DNA of 64,000 bases from Felis catus (Eukaryota): assembly GCF_018350175.1 (NCBI RefSeq), contig NC_058368.1, forward strand, positions 13,144,001-13,208,000, written 5' to 3'. Shown one piece after another: positions 1-11,603 of this stretch; within the stretch, counting starts at the first letter, position 1, and every line of letters begins with the position of its first letter. The position numbers and the translations under genes were made by a program. The notes under the pieces were generated by a model. The model was not told where the DNA came from. It saw only the letters and a program-made list of their open reading frames with translations, and did not search any database.

Positions 1-380
1 GTAGGTGTAAGACTTGATTGACAAGAAAGAGTGAGTCATGTGATCTTGGGGAAGAGCAACTGGCAAACAGACAGTGTAAAGGATCTAAGGTTGTAGATAG
101 ATGGAAGAGTTGGGGTGGGTGGTGACGGAGCAGGTGATGGAGGGTGTAATGGTAGGGAAAAGAACTGAAGAGGAAAAATGTAAAGTGATCATGGGGAATT
201 TAGATTCTAAAAGCAATGACAGTAACCCAGTCGTGGCTTGCATTTTTTAAAAAAATCACTGTTGCTGTGTGGAAATATGGAAGCCAACTATGAGATTTTT
301 GCAGTAGTTCCAATGAGATACTGTTGCCTTGGGTCAATGTGATAATCATGAAGACAGAAGTATTGAAATTCTGGGTAAGC
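1..380 (+). mobile_element. Old LINE2 fragment (approximate)
   Basis: Purine-rich, L2-like degenerate text (agagtgagtcatgtgatc...gcaaacagacagtgtaaagg...atttagattctaaaagcaatg); recognised by eye only. Confidence 0.5.
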
Positions 381-828
381 AAGGTACTGCAGACCCTCAG
401 CTTTTGAGAGAAAGGTATTTAGATAATTCTCCACAAATTCTTAAATATGAAAATATTTCTATAGATTCATTCCCAAATCAACTAAACCATATGAAAATAA
501 TGTAGCCCTTTTAGTCCCTCGAGGAGATTACGTTGTATGCCATGATGAGCAGAGAACAAGAAAACCCCAGTGGAGTACAATGCAGCATATGCCCGTTGAG
601 TACACTGACAGCTTTACACATATTCAACAGAAAGCAGGTAGACAGGTACAGTTACTTTTGAAGGAAGGTGTTTATTAAAAGGAAGAAACTTATCTGCTGG
701 GCTTTTTGATGACTGATTGGAAAAGTCTGCACTTGGGTGTCAGGGAAGGATGCATTGCCTCATAATAGAGTAATTGAGAGTCAACGGTCCCTTCTTCTCA
801 GCTCTCAGGAAAGTCTACTCCACATACA

Positions 829-1340
829 TGTATGGGGTGAAAAATTTCCCTCTGCCAACTTAATTCCAGTGATAAGGGCCAGGAGATTGCAAAGTAACTG
901 AGAGTAGACAGATTAACAGAAGAAACGTTTATTTTGTGTGGGGGAAACATTCAGATGAAGAGGATCGCCAAACAGCTAGAGATAGAGGTTTGTATGCTGA
1001 CTTCATAGTGGAAAGGGAACAGGGAGAAAGGGTTTCTGTGGAAAAACAAATGGGCTTTAGGAAAGACAAATGGGCTTTTAGAAGAAAAAAATGGAAGATA
1101 CGACAGTTTGTGATACGATTTGTTTACGTGGTCTCTCTATCCCAGTGTGAGTGGTCATGTCCTTACTGGGAGCGAAGCTCTCCCTGGGAGAAGGGAGGTA
1201 TAACAACCTCTCAGAAGATTCTGCCTTTAGTCAGACAAGAGTAGCTCTAACAAATCTTCCTCCTGCATTTGCTCTATCTCAAGTGTCTTTAGTTTAAAAT
1301 AATCTTCATGCCAGCTCTGGGATCTGAGTGGGTTGCCACA
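829..1340 (-). mobile_element. ERV1-type solo LTR (MER34/carnivore-LTR-like)
   Basis: About 510 bp starting TG and ending ...ttgccaCA. Shares motifs with the LTR-like element at 17650-18203 (gacagattaacaga, aaataatcttcatgcca). TSD not clear. Confidence 0.5.
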
Positions 1341-1699
1341 CTTTATTTTAATGAAGCTCCATGAAGAAACGCAGTGTCTCACTTGGATCCATATATATGA
1401 GATCAAGATAACACATGCAGAAGCAGATACCCAGGAGCAGAGGAGGCCATGGGAATGTGGACCTTCTAGTACTTCTTGGAAATCTCAGTGCAATTTCAGC
1501 TTCCTCAAGAGTTGGAATTGAAAGCTTAACCAATCTTATCTAGATAGTAAGGTGCACAGAGAGAGCCCTTTCTAATTACGGGCATTAATACCTCTGCCTT
1601 CAGCTAATCTACTACAAGTACACCTTATTTAAGAACTAAGATGTAACAAGTGCTACAGGGATGTGTAAAGAAGTATAAGACATGGGAATTTATAAGATA

Positions 1700-1970
1700 A
1701 GAAGTGGCTGTCTTAATTCATAACCTGGCTCAGGCATTTATATGTGAGGTTAAGATACTTACCTAACATCACATAGAGAGTAAGCAACAGAGCCGAAATT
1801 AGAATCCAATTCCGTTTTATTCCAAATTCCATCTTTTTACCACTACTTATGCCACCTTAGTATACCATAAGGTTGCTATAAGGATTAGATTAAATTAAAT
1901 GATTAAATATAAATAAATTGGCCAGCATAGTCCCTGGCATATAGAAGGCACTCAACAAATGTAACTTTTC
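1700..1970. mobile_element. MIR fragments
   Basis: MIR core-like text (gaggttaagatacttacctaacatcacatagagagtaag...agaatcca; taaggattagattaa...cctggcatatagaaggcactcaacaaatg). Confidence 0.55.
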
Positions 1971-2078
1971 ATAATTGTTTAATCATGAAGGATGAAATAA
2001 TCTCCATAAGGTTCTTTCTGTTCTAATGCTTTCTGACTTTGATCCCTGACCTGCTGGAGATTAAATCTTATAACAGAA

Positions 2079-2081
<3 letters not shown>

Positions 2082-2125
<44 letters not shown>
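2082..2125. repeat. (AC)22 microsatellite
   Basis: Perfect dinucleotide run seen directly. Confidence 0.97.
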
Positions 2126-2127
<2 letters not shown>

Positions 2128-2829
2128 AATTAAATTAAAATGCATACCTTATATAAGAGAGCAAATGAGTAGAAGTATATTGAATTTAGAGAATCAAAGA
2201 AGGGAAAATTGATTGAGGTAGGAGCCTCCTTCATGAAGGAGGTAGAATCTGAGCTGGGGAGAATTTGCATGGTGCTTAACTGGTTAATAGAATTTCCCTA
2301 AGTACCTCATTTACAATAGAGATTAGTTTAGGCTTTTGGGTGAATATGACTCATTTAAATGCTCAAAACCATGAATCACTCAGAGTAGCATTATGGGTAA
2401 TTTTAATGAAACATCTTTAAGGTCTCTATTCCTTTGTTAAGTGCTTCTATTGAATTTAAACAAAAGTCCCATTTCATTCCAAATTTAAATCCAAAAGAGA
2501 TTTGATCTTTTCTTCCTGCCATTTTGCAGCCAATGTAATTTCTAACAAGTGCCTGGAATTAAGATGTGAGTCAGATCAGAAAACTGCATTTGAAACTGAA
2601 TGGAATAGCAAAGCAGAATGGGGAGGAAGGGAAGATTTTAGAGTGACATTTCCAGTTAAAATCACTTGAGCTGGCCCCTCATCAATTCTTGACTTCCTTT
2701 CAGTGACTTATAGGACCACTAATGTTCCTCTACTTGGAACACAGTGAAGTTAGAAAAAATAACTTACAAAAATCAAAACATCATAAGTAGGTCACACACA
2801 CAGATCTGTATGTATTAATATCAGGTTTG

Positions 2830-3110
2830 TTTTTAAAATCCTAAATTGGATACCACCCAAATGTCTATCCCCTGGTAAGTAATATACAAATTGTGGTGCA
2901 TCCCTACAACACAATAACACACAGTAATAAAAAGGAACAAAATTGATGCATGCAGTAACAAGATTGAGACCCTAAAGCATAAAAGTTAAGTGGAAGAAGC
3001 CAGGCACAAAAGACCACTGCCTACTGTGTGATTCTATTATATATCATATTCTAGAAAAAGGAAAACCATAAGGACAAATCAGTTCAGTTGTTACCAGGGA
3101 CCAGGAATGG
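2830..3110 (+). mobile_element. Old L1M 3' end fragment
   Basis: cccaaatgtctatc...aaattgtggtgcatcc...aagaagccaggcacaaaaga...ttgttaccagggaccagg resembles an L1MC/ME 3' UTR. Confidence 0.65.
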
Positions 3111-3479
3111 AAGGAAAAAAGAAGGAAGGGTGGGAAAGAAGATGGTAGAAAGAAGCAAAAAGGCATACATTTAATTTTTCCTAATATTTTTGTGGTAAAA
3201 TACATATAAAATTTACCATCTTAACCATTTTCATTGTACATTTCAGCAGTGTTAAGTACTTTCACATTGTGGTATAATAATTACCACCATCCATCTCTAG
3301 AATTCTTTTTATCTTGCATAACTGAAACTCTATCCGTTCAATAACAGTTCCCCATCCCCACCACCACCACTTGAAGCCCCTTGGTACTACCATTCTATTT
3401 TCTATCTCTCTCATTTTGGCTACTCTATATACGTCATACAAGTGAAATCATACAGTATAAATCATCGTATAGTACTTTT

Positions 3480-4018
3480 TATAATGCCCCCGATTTCAAA
3501 TCCGAGAGACCACCAAGGACCCGATACCGATGCAAACGCACGAGGGTTTATTTGCAAGCTCGAGCTTGGGCCCAAGTATACCCGACACAGGGGAGCAGGG
3601 ACTTGGACCCCTAGGTTAAGAGGCAGAGCAGTTTTATAGGGGCCAGTGGCCAATGAGATTGTAACACAAACAGCAAGTTGCACATTCATGTCAGTCCACA
3701 CGCAGGTGGCCAATTGAATTACAATTTACCCTATAGTAACTGAACTAGCCTATCACTCTGGTCAGAATTGGCGCGTAAGTTTGGCAGGCAAAAGGCGGGG
3801 TTTACATTCTTTGGCAGTTAGGGGTTCTGAGTTCCTATATGAGCCGGTTTCCAGTGAGGGTGTGCTCAGCGGCTTGACTAGGGTGGGGGAGTGTCTTAAG
3901 CAATAAGTAGGTCATGTGGGGGTTATACATGAGATGGTGGGTGTAGCACAAAATGGAGTTAGTCTTGCTCTGCTTGTCCAGGGGTAGGGGATTTTTGTTA
4001 AATTCCTTGGGTCCCACA
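3480..4018 (-). mobile_element. Relatively young solo ERV LTR (539 bp)
   Basis: Flanked by a 5-bp direct repeat CTTTT (3475-3479, 4019-4023). Minus strand starts TGTGGG and ends ...TTATA (inferred CA>TA change). Minus-strand TATAAAA at about 3632-3638 and AATAAA at 3547-3552; CCAAT motifs near 3650 and 3710; many CpGs retained. Confidence 0.8.
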
Positions 4019-4461
4019 CTTTTCTTTTTGTGACTGGCTTATTTCATTTACCATAATGTCTTCAATGTTTGTTTATCCATGCCATAGCATATGTCAAAAA
4101 AATTTTTAAAGACTGAATAATCTTCCATTGCTTATCCATTCATCCATTGATAGACATTTGGGTTACTTCTATGGTTTAAATAGTGGGAATAATGCTTGTT
4201 TGGTAGGCTAACACAATACAGACTAGAGAAAATTTCATGTGCTCTTGAGAAGAATATGTGTCCAGCTGCTGTCGGAATGTTTCATACATTCTGTTAGGTC
4301 CACTTGGTCTAAAGTATAGCTCAAGTCCAATGTTACCTTTTTGATTTTCTCTCTGAATGATCTATCTATTGTTGAAAGTGGGGTACTGAAGTCCTCTTCT
4401 ATTATGATAGTACTTGTCTATTCCACCCTTCAAATCTATTAGCATTCGTTTAATATATTTA

Positions 4462-4682
4462 TTTTTTAATGTTTATTTATTTTGAAAGAGAGAGAGAGAG
4501 AGAGAGAGAGGCAGAGTGCGAGTGGGGGAGGGGCAGAGAGAGAGGGAGACACAGAATCGAAAGCAGGCTCCAGGCTCTGAGCTGTCAGCACGAGCCAGAT
4601 GCAGGGCTTGAACTCACAAACTGCGAGATCATGACCAGACCTGAAGTCGGACGCTCAACCGACTGAGCCACCCAGGTGCCCC
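4462..4682 (-). mobile_element. Carnivore tRNA-derived SINE (CanSINE/SINEC)
   Basis: Reverse-complement head ggggcacctgggtggctcagtcggttgag, (CT)n tract and A tail; TSD gtttaatatattta at 4448-4461 and 4684-4697. Confidence 0.95.
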
Positions 4683-4789
4683 TGTTTAATATATTTAGGA
4701 TCTCTAATGTTGGGTGCATATATATTTATGATTATTAGATCTTCTTGACGAATTGATTCTTTTATCATTATATATCGGATAATACATGT

Positions 4790-4880
4790 ATATTATATAT
4801 ATGTGTGTGTGTATGTGTATATATATATATATATACACATATATATATACATATATATGTGTATATATGTATATATATAT
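4790..4880. repeat. (TA)/(TG) compound microsatellite
   Basis: Seen directly. Confidence 0.9.
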
Positions 4881-4961
4881 AAAGGATTTTCTTTATCTCA
4901 TGTTATAACTTTGTATTAAAGTCAATTTTGTGCAATGTAGATATAGTTACCCCTGTTCTCT

Positions 4962-5199
4962 CTCCTTTTTAAAAAAATTTTTAATGTTTATTTATTTTTG
5001 AGAGAGAGAGACAGAGACAGAGAATGAGCATGGAAGGGGCAGAGAGTGAGAGACACAGAATCCGAAGCAAGCTCTAGGCTCTGAGCTGTCAGCATAGAAC
5101 CCAATGCAGGGCTCAAACTTATGAACCACAAGATCTTGAGATCATGACCTGAGCTGAAGTCAGATGCTTAACCAACTGACTGACCCACCCAGGCATGCC
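4962..5199 (-). mobile_element. CanSINE
   Basis: SINEC body; TSD acccctgttctct at 4949-4961 and 5200-5212. Confidence 0.93.
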
Positions 5200-5754
5200 A
5201 CCCCTGTTCTCTTTTGGTTTGTGCTTGCTTAGAATATCTTTTTCCATCCTTCCACATTGCGCATATATGTGTCCTTAAAGCTGAAGTGAGTCTCTTGTAA
5301 GCTGCATATTGTTGAGCCTTGTTATTTTATATATTTAGCTACTGCCTGCTTTTTGATTAAAAAATAAATCCACTTATATTTAGAGTAATTATTGATAATT
5401 AAGGACTTAATAATGCCATCTTATTCATTTTTTTCTGGATTTTTGTATTTCCTTTGTTCCTTTCTTCCTCTCTTGCTATCTTCCTTTGTAAATTGATGAC
5501 TTCTCATAGTGATATGTTTTGATTTCCCTCTTTTTATCTTTTGTGCATCCTACTATGGATTTTTGCATTGGCCAGACCATGAGGCTTACATAAAATATGG
5601 CAAAGATATAATAGTCTATTCTATCCTGATAGGAAGTTCAATCTCATACAAAAACTTTACCCTTTTACCCCCCTTTTTCATATTGTTGATGTCACAACTT
5701 ACTTCTTTTATATTGTGTATTCATTAACAAATTATTGTAGCTCTAGTTATTCTT

Positions 5755-5755
5755 T

Positions 5756-5796
<41 letters not shown>

Positions 5797-6000
5797 ACAT
5801 TTATTCATTTTTGAAAGTCAGAGAGAGACAGAGCGTGAATAGCGGAGGCGAAGAGAGAGAGGGAGACACAGAAACCAAAGCAGGCTCCAGGCTCTGAGCT
5901 GTCTGCACAGAGCCTGACGCAGGGCTCGAACTCATGGACCGTGAGATCATGACCTGAGCCAAAGTCAGCCACTTAACCAACTGAGCCACCCAGGTGCCCC
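5755..6000 (-). mobile_element. CanSINE with (TTTA)n tail
   Basis: SINEC body; TSD tagttattctt at 5744-5754 and 6003-6013. Confidence 0.94.
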
Positions 6001-6419
6001 TATAGTTATTCTTAATATTCTTGTCCTTTAACATATTACTAGATACTAGAATTAAGTGGTTAATATGTACCAAAGTACAGAATTAGAGCCTAGTGAATTT
6101 GACTGTATACTTACCTTTATCAGTACCTTGTATATTTTATGTTTTATGTTATGAATCAGCGTTTTTACATTTCACCTTGAAGAACTCCTTTCAGTATTTA
6201 TCGTAAGGCATGCTTAGTAGTACTGAAGTCCTTCAGTTTTTGTTTGTTTGAAAAAGTCTTTATCACTCCTTTGTTTCTGAAGGACAATTTTTCTGGGTAC
6301 AGTATTCTTGGTTGCAGATTTTTTTTAAAGCACTTTGAATAAATCATTCCACTATCTCCTAGCCTATAATGTTTCTGCTGAGAACTGAAGTACTTCTTTA
6401 TAAAGATGGACAGAAATGT

Positions 6420-6611
6420 GCAGTCAAGCCCAGATTGCCGACAGAAACACCTGCATGAACAAACACCATCATATTGGCTTTTCTATATTCCCCATCTCAC
6501 TCAACTTCCCCTTCCCCCCAAATCCTGCATCCTGGTGTCACTTCCCAGATAAATACTATACCCAGGTCATTACCTCTTGCTCTGATTTTTGGGGTACCCA
6601 AACTAAGGCCA
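6420..6611 (+). mobile_element. ERVL-type LTR 3' fragment (LTR16/LTR33-like)
   Basis: Ends tctgatttttggggtacccaaactaaggcca, resembling the ...gggaacccaaactaagaca terminus of LTR16/33-type elements. Confidence 0.5.
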
Positions 6612-6839
6612 GTGTATTTGCTTACTTATTTACTTAATGTATTATGTACACATGTACGTATGTATTTTTGTGATGATAAATTTGCTTTTTTCTTTTTCTT
6701 TTGAAATAATTCCAAACTTACCAAAATGTTACACAAAAGAATAGTATAAAATAATTCCCATATTCTCTTTTCCCAGAGACTCAATCAAGTTTTTCTTTTA
6801 AATCGCTCAATCGAGTTTTGCCTTTAAGCCACTTCAGCC

Positions 6840-7278
6840 AGAGGCAGGGGCTTTCAAGAATGAGGAGGTATAATAACAGTGGTTGCCTGCCTTCAGCTGC
6901 ACCCATTTGATCAGAAGCAGCAGTCACTGATCAGAGCACAGATCTCCAATATTTGAAGGAAATGTTCCTTTTTTGCTGCTTCTGGCTCTCATAAGCTATG
7001 TGTGGGCTACTCCAGGGAGACATGTGCAGCTGCCTGTCACTCGGCTGGGGAATGATAGATAGATAGCTGCTAACTTGCTAAGAGTTGAAATTAACTGATG
7101 TTAACCACAACTTACCTTCCAAGACCTAATTTACTGGCGAAATTTTCCGCTGGTCATTGTAAGCCTTCAATAGACTCCGGATTTCCAAAATAGTTACACC
7201 AGACAGATTCTACCAGTGAATTTATTGTCTGGGAGGGAAGACAGATTTCTTTTCTTTTTTTTTAAGTTTATTTATTTT

Positions 7279-7317
<39 letters not shown>

Positions 7318-7515
7318 CCAGTGGAGGAAGGGCAGAGAGAGAAGGAGACAGAAGAGCTAAAGCGGGCTCTGAGCTGACAGCAGAGAGCCTGATGTAGTGC
7401 TTGAACTCATGAACCTCGAGATCATGACCTGAGCTGAAGTTGGATGCTTAACCAACTGAGCCACTCAGGCACCCCAAGGGAAAACAGATTTCTGATGCTT
7501 CCTACTCCATGATTT
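6840..7515 (-). mobile_element. 5' end of an old L1M element, split by a SINE
   Basis: cagagcacagatctcc...aagccttcaatagactcc...ccaaaatagttacaccagacagattc...gcttcctactcc matches my recollection of antisense L1MC/MD-type 5' termini. Confidence 0.6.
7251..7475 (-). mobile_element. CanSINE
   Basis: SINEC body; TSD gggaa(g/a)acagatttct at 7235-7250 and 7478-7493. Confidence 0.93.
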
Positions 7516-10309
7516 GCTCAGAATCCAAGAGTAATTATTTTTGTCTTTATAAATGGATGTATTGATTCTTTGTTGGGTGCTGGGGCTACAAAGGGAAGGT
7601 CTATCATATAAACAGATGATTATCAATTGATGTGTAAATATCCTGATAGTTCTGTTCATGAAGTACTAGAAGTGTACTGGAGAGACACTGAACCAGCCAC
7701 TCCTGTCTGCAGCACCCAGGTATCACTAATTGATCCAAGTTCTCTTTCACACAAATGGCTTTGGGAGTCATTTCCAGTATGATGCTGGAGCTGTCTATTA
7801 CCAAATACACCAAAGTTTTCATTCTAACTCTGAAGTTTTTAACGTTCTAAAAGTTTCAGGTCCTTTGAAGGCACAAATTAACGTATAAGAGATGTTATTC
7901 TGTGTACTTTCTGCCCATGTAGGCTGAGCTTTCTTTCATTTTTGTGCTCCTCTGGGACTAGCTTTGAGGTACCTGCAATTTTTAATGATAACTAGAAGAT
8001 TCCTTAATTCTGCAGCTGCTTACTTGCTGGATTGTGACAACTTGCTGTTTAATAACATTTACTGGAAGAAGTAAAATTTCAACAGTCCTTTCCCCATGTA
8101 GTTAGAACGTGTTGTAGTTTGTTTAAATTATTGCTTTTAAAATCTGTTGTTCTCTATATCCAGAGACAAATATTCCATGTTAACTTACTGTCATGCTGTG
8201 TTCCTGTAGCAATTATTGTATGGTACAACCTGCTAATTTCACTATACTTTCCTTCAAGTGAGATAGGAAAGATTACACCATCATTTCATATTGTCCTTTG
8301 ATTTGTCTCACTGGCCTTTAAGAAGTATTTCTGGGAAAAGAAAACAATGAAGAAAATTGTTTCTCTTTTCAAAAGAAAAATCCTGTTTAAGGAATTGAAA
8401 TACTTCTTTATGAAAATGGATAGTAATATGCAGCTGTCTCACAGATGGTAACCTCTCCTGAGATTTGCAGGTGCCCCTTCTCAAGACAAATGGGACATAT
8501 GAACAGGAGGTGTGAAAGCCACTGCTATTGTTATGAAAAGTTAAGCAAAGTTTTGGCATTCAAGGTTTTCTTACATCTTACACTAATTTCAGTGACTGGG
8601 GACCAGTTCCTGGGCACTCAGTCTCTAGCCTCAGGAGAGACTTGGGTGGTAGTTAAGGGCTACTTGCCATTATAGCTGTTTAAAGGAGGGAGGGACGTTT
8701 GGGGAATTCCTGCTAAATGCCAGGAGCTTTACTGACTTAATTTCTCTTTGTCTGACAATCTTACCCAAAAGATGCATTTTTTTCCAGGTAGAGAAACTGA
8801 GTCTCAGAAAGATTGAGCCATTGTTCCAACTTCCTACAGTTAAATAGAGGTTTTGCTGGAATGGAAAGTTAGGTCTGCATCAGAGGTAAATGTTGCTTCA
8901 GTTAAAATGTTTTGCACGAACCCTACAATTTCTGATTGATACCCATCCCCAAATGATTACTTGTGACTAATCTTGGTTTAACATGGCACACTCCCCCACC
9001 ATTGGTTCCCTGTTAATTCTCATAGCCTAATTGTAAATTGCAATATCAAGTACCTGGACCCCTTTTCCCACTTCCTACAATCCATCCATCCCAGGTGAGG
9101 CTGGGCTTTAGTGGCATCTATTGTCTTAAAGAGAGTGTGGGGATAGGGTGGGGTGTGCCCCCTAATTCTCTTAAACCAGCTTGGGAAAGAAGAAGGTCAG
9201 ATGTCAGGGTCATACTCTCCAGTCTCTTCCAGTATTTCCCATGACTTGCTTATTGCGATGGCTACTGCTGTCTTTCCCATCCGGAAAAGAGAAGGTCCAA
9301 ATGTCTGTATGGAAAGCCTAAGGCATCAGGGATGTGCTGGGAGCTGAGACAAGAATAAGATATCCTAAATAAAGAGGCAGTAGGACAGGACTCCTGAGAA
9401 TAGTGGAAAATCCAATTTTCACTCTGGCTGCCTTCAAGTCAAAGTCATTGTGTTCCACATCTCTCCCAGGCATTCGTAAGGTCCCAAACACAGGGGCACA
9501 TGTGACATGAGTCATCTGTATGATTACTAAATATTTCCATTATCCAGGAGAGGGCAAAAAAGGACTTTATATAAATGAATGCCAAAGGGAAGTGCTGACA
9601 CATCTAAGAAATGGCACCTGAGTGACTTTCTGGTGACTGACCAAGGTCTCCCTAAGTCTCACTTCTAAAAAGCTTGTTATTGTGATCAGTCTCTTGGTTT
9701 AATGTTCAGTCAGTAAACAAAAAACAAAATAAAAAAGATGACAAGCAGCTGGCTAGTACCATCTAGTGGTAACAGAGAAACAAGAAACAATAACTTTTTT
9801 TTAATGACCTTTTCAGAAAGGGGGAAAGAGAGACTGAAACTTTCCCCCCTTTCGGGGCACAGTGATGGTTTATTATTAGGGTGCTGAGCTTGAACCTTTC
9901 CTCCAGAGAGATGGCTCACTATCTGGGATGGTTGTCAGAGAGAACAGAATGACGAAATTAGGATGCACTTCAAGATAAACTGATTCCAGTGCTTTGGAAT
10001 AAGGGCACAGAGATTTACACAAATAGCTCATTCTCAGTTCCGCTATCTCCTGTGGCAGGGATCTCTGTGGGCGGGGGCTGGGGGTTTCTTGAGAACCAGC
10101 CGCTTTGCTTACAAGCCTTGTCATCTCGAATTCAAATATCAGATTAAATTCTGGCCATGGCGACTGGTTTTAAGGCCTTTGTTGTTTGTGCCACTTGCTT
10201 CTTTGTCTCACAGGCAGAATTTCAGAGCAGGGAATGCTCACAGCAGACGTCTTCAAAGGTTTTAGCCGATGTAGCTGCATTCCATTCAGCCAAAAATCAT
10301 AGTTACTAC

Positions 10310-10480
10310 ACTTAACTCAGTACCTACTGTGTGCCAGGTACGACAGTAAGCGCATTAGCTGCATTGGCTAATGGAACTATTGAAACTAGTTTGAGACAGG
10401 TATTCTTGGTCTCATTTACATAAAAGGAATAAGGCTCAGAAAAAAAAATCTCCTGTCTTGTCCAAGGTGGCAGAGTTGAC
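10310..10480. mobile_element. MIR fragment
   Basis: cagtacctactgtgtgccaggtac...catttacataaaaggaataaggctcagaaaa...cttgtccaaggtggcag. Confidence 0.6.
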
Positions 10481-10839
10481 AGAGAAGAGAGGAGCCCAGT
10501 CGTGTACCCCCCGATCACTGTAGAGGATATACTCACTGCATATGGTATGGTTCCTATTCTTAGGAGGTTTATCATATTTTTAGGAAGACAGCAGACACAA
10601 AAATGGAAATAGACCATGAGGTCCTCTGCAAAGTCGGTATGTTTCTGAAGATTGCTGACTGACGGATAAGGGTAGACCAGGCTGAGACACTGGTTCTCTC
10701 TACCCCCATGAAAATGTCCTTGTCTGTTAGCCAAGAAGGCTCAGAAACATTCTTCTCTTCCCCTCTCTATTCAGTGGCCCTCATTTAAACGCAGCCTGAT
10801 TTGTTGATAACCAGTGAGTTGGCACCAGTGCAGAATAAG

Positions 10840-11135
10840 GATATGGAGCATTTAGGAAGATTAATCTGGTGCCATGGGCAAGATGGACTGAGAGAAAGAT
10901 TGTGGGGTCAGGGAGATCAGTAAGGAGGGTGTTGTGATCATAAGGCTGTCAGGAGATGGGTCTGGACTGAACGGAGGGCTGTGAGTATGGAGAGGAAGAC
11001 ATTGTAAAAGAACCATGGAGGGTAACTGGGACTGTGTTGTATATGAGGGATGAAGAAGAACAATGACTGGTGACAGGAGAAAAGGTTGTGTGTCAGAGGG
11101 GAAGTCTGTGAAGAATATTGCACACAGTCCCAAAG
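10840..11135 (+). mobile_element. LINE2 fragment
   Basis: Purine-rich L2-like text (ggggtcagggagatcagtaaggaggg...aatgactggtgacaggagaaaagg). Confidence 0.5.
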
Positions 11136-11153
11136 TTGGTTATAGGAATGGGT

Positions 11154-11250
11154 ATTTAATATTTAATATTAAATAAATTTAAATAAATAATTTAATATTT
11201 ATTTAACATTTATTTATATTTAATATTTAAATAAATATTAAAAATAAATA
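11154..11250. repeat. AT-only low-complexity tract
   Basis: Nearly pure A/T built from atttaat and aaat units. Confidence 0.9.
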
Positions 11251-11394
11251 AAAACAAAAAGGGACTTCTTTTTTCCAAATCCATTACTAGCTTATAATGA
11301 TGTTTTTAGATAATGGTTTAAAAAAGTAAGTTGAATATTTTTTCTCCTGAATATATAAATACCTATGCTTGCAGACATAAGAATTAAAAAAAAA

Positions 11395-11603
11395 TTTTTT
11401 TACTGTTTATTCGTTTTTGAGAGAGAGAGAGAAAGACAGTGTGTGAGCAGGGGAAGGGCAGAGAGAGAGGGAAACAGAATATGAAGCAGGCTCCAGACTC
11501 TGAGCTGTCAGCACAGAACCCAATATGGGCCTCGAACTTACTGTGAGATCATGACTTGGAGCCAAAGTCTGATGCTTAACCAACCGAGCCACCCAGGCGC
11601 CCC
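11395..11603 (-). mobile_element. CanSINE
   Basis: SINEC body ending gagccacccaggcgcccc. Confidence 0.93.

Larger units (their letters stand above)
3180..6385 (-). mobile_element. Old L1M fragments (3' UTR and ORF2 pieces) interrupted by an LTR and three SINEs
   Basis: tttgtggtaaaatacatataaaatttaccatcttaacc (L1MB-like 3' end); gtgctcttgagaagaatatgtg...ttgaaagtggggtactgaagtcc (ORF2 endonuclease region, antisense). Confidence 0.7.

Noticed and set aside
516..636. Stretch open in two plus-strand frames between AG and GT
   Set aside because: Weak splice signals and an unrecognisable peptide; consistent with chance.
4469..4666. Recurrent ORFs of the MFIYFERERE... and ...AQSLEPASDSVSPSL type
   Set aside because: Translations of CanSINE sequence, repeated at many SINE copies.
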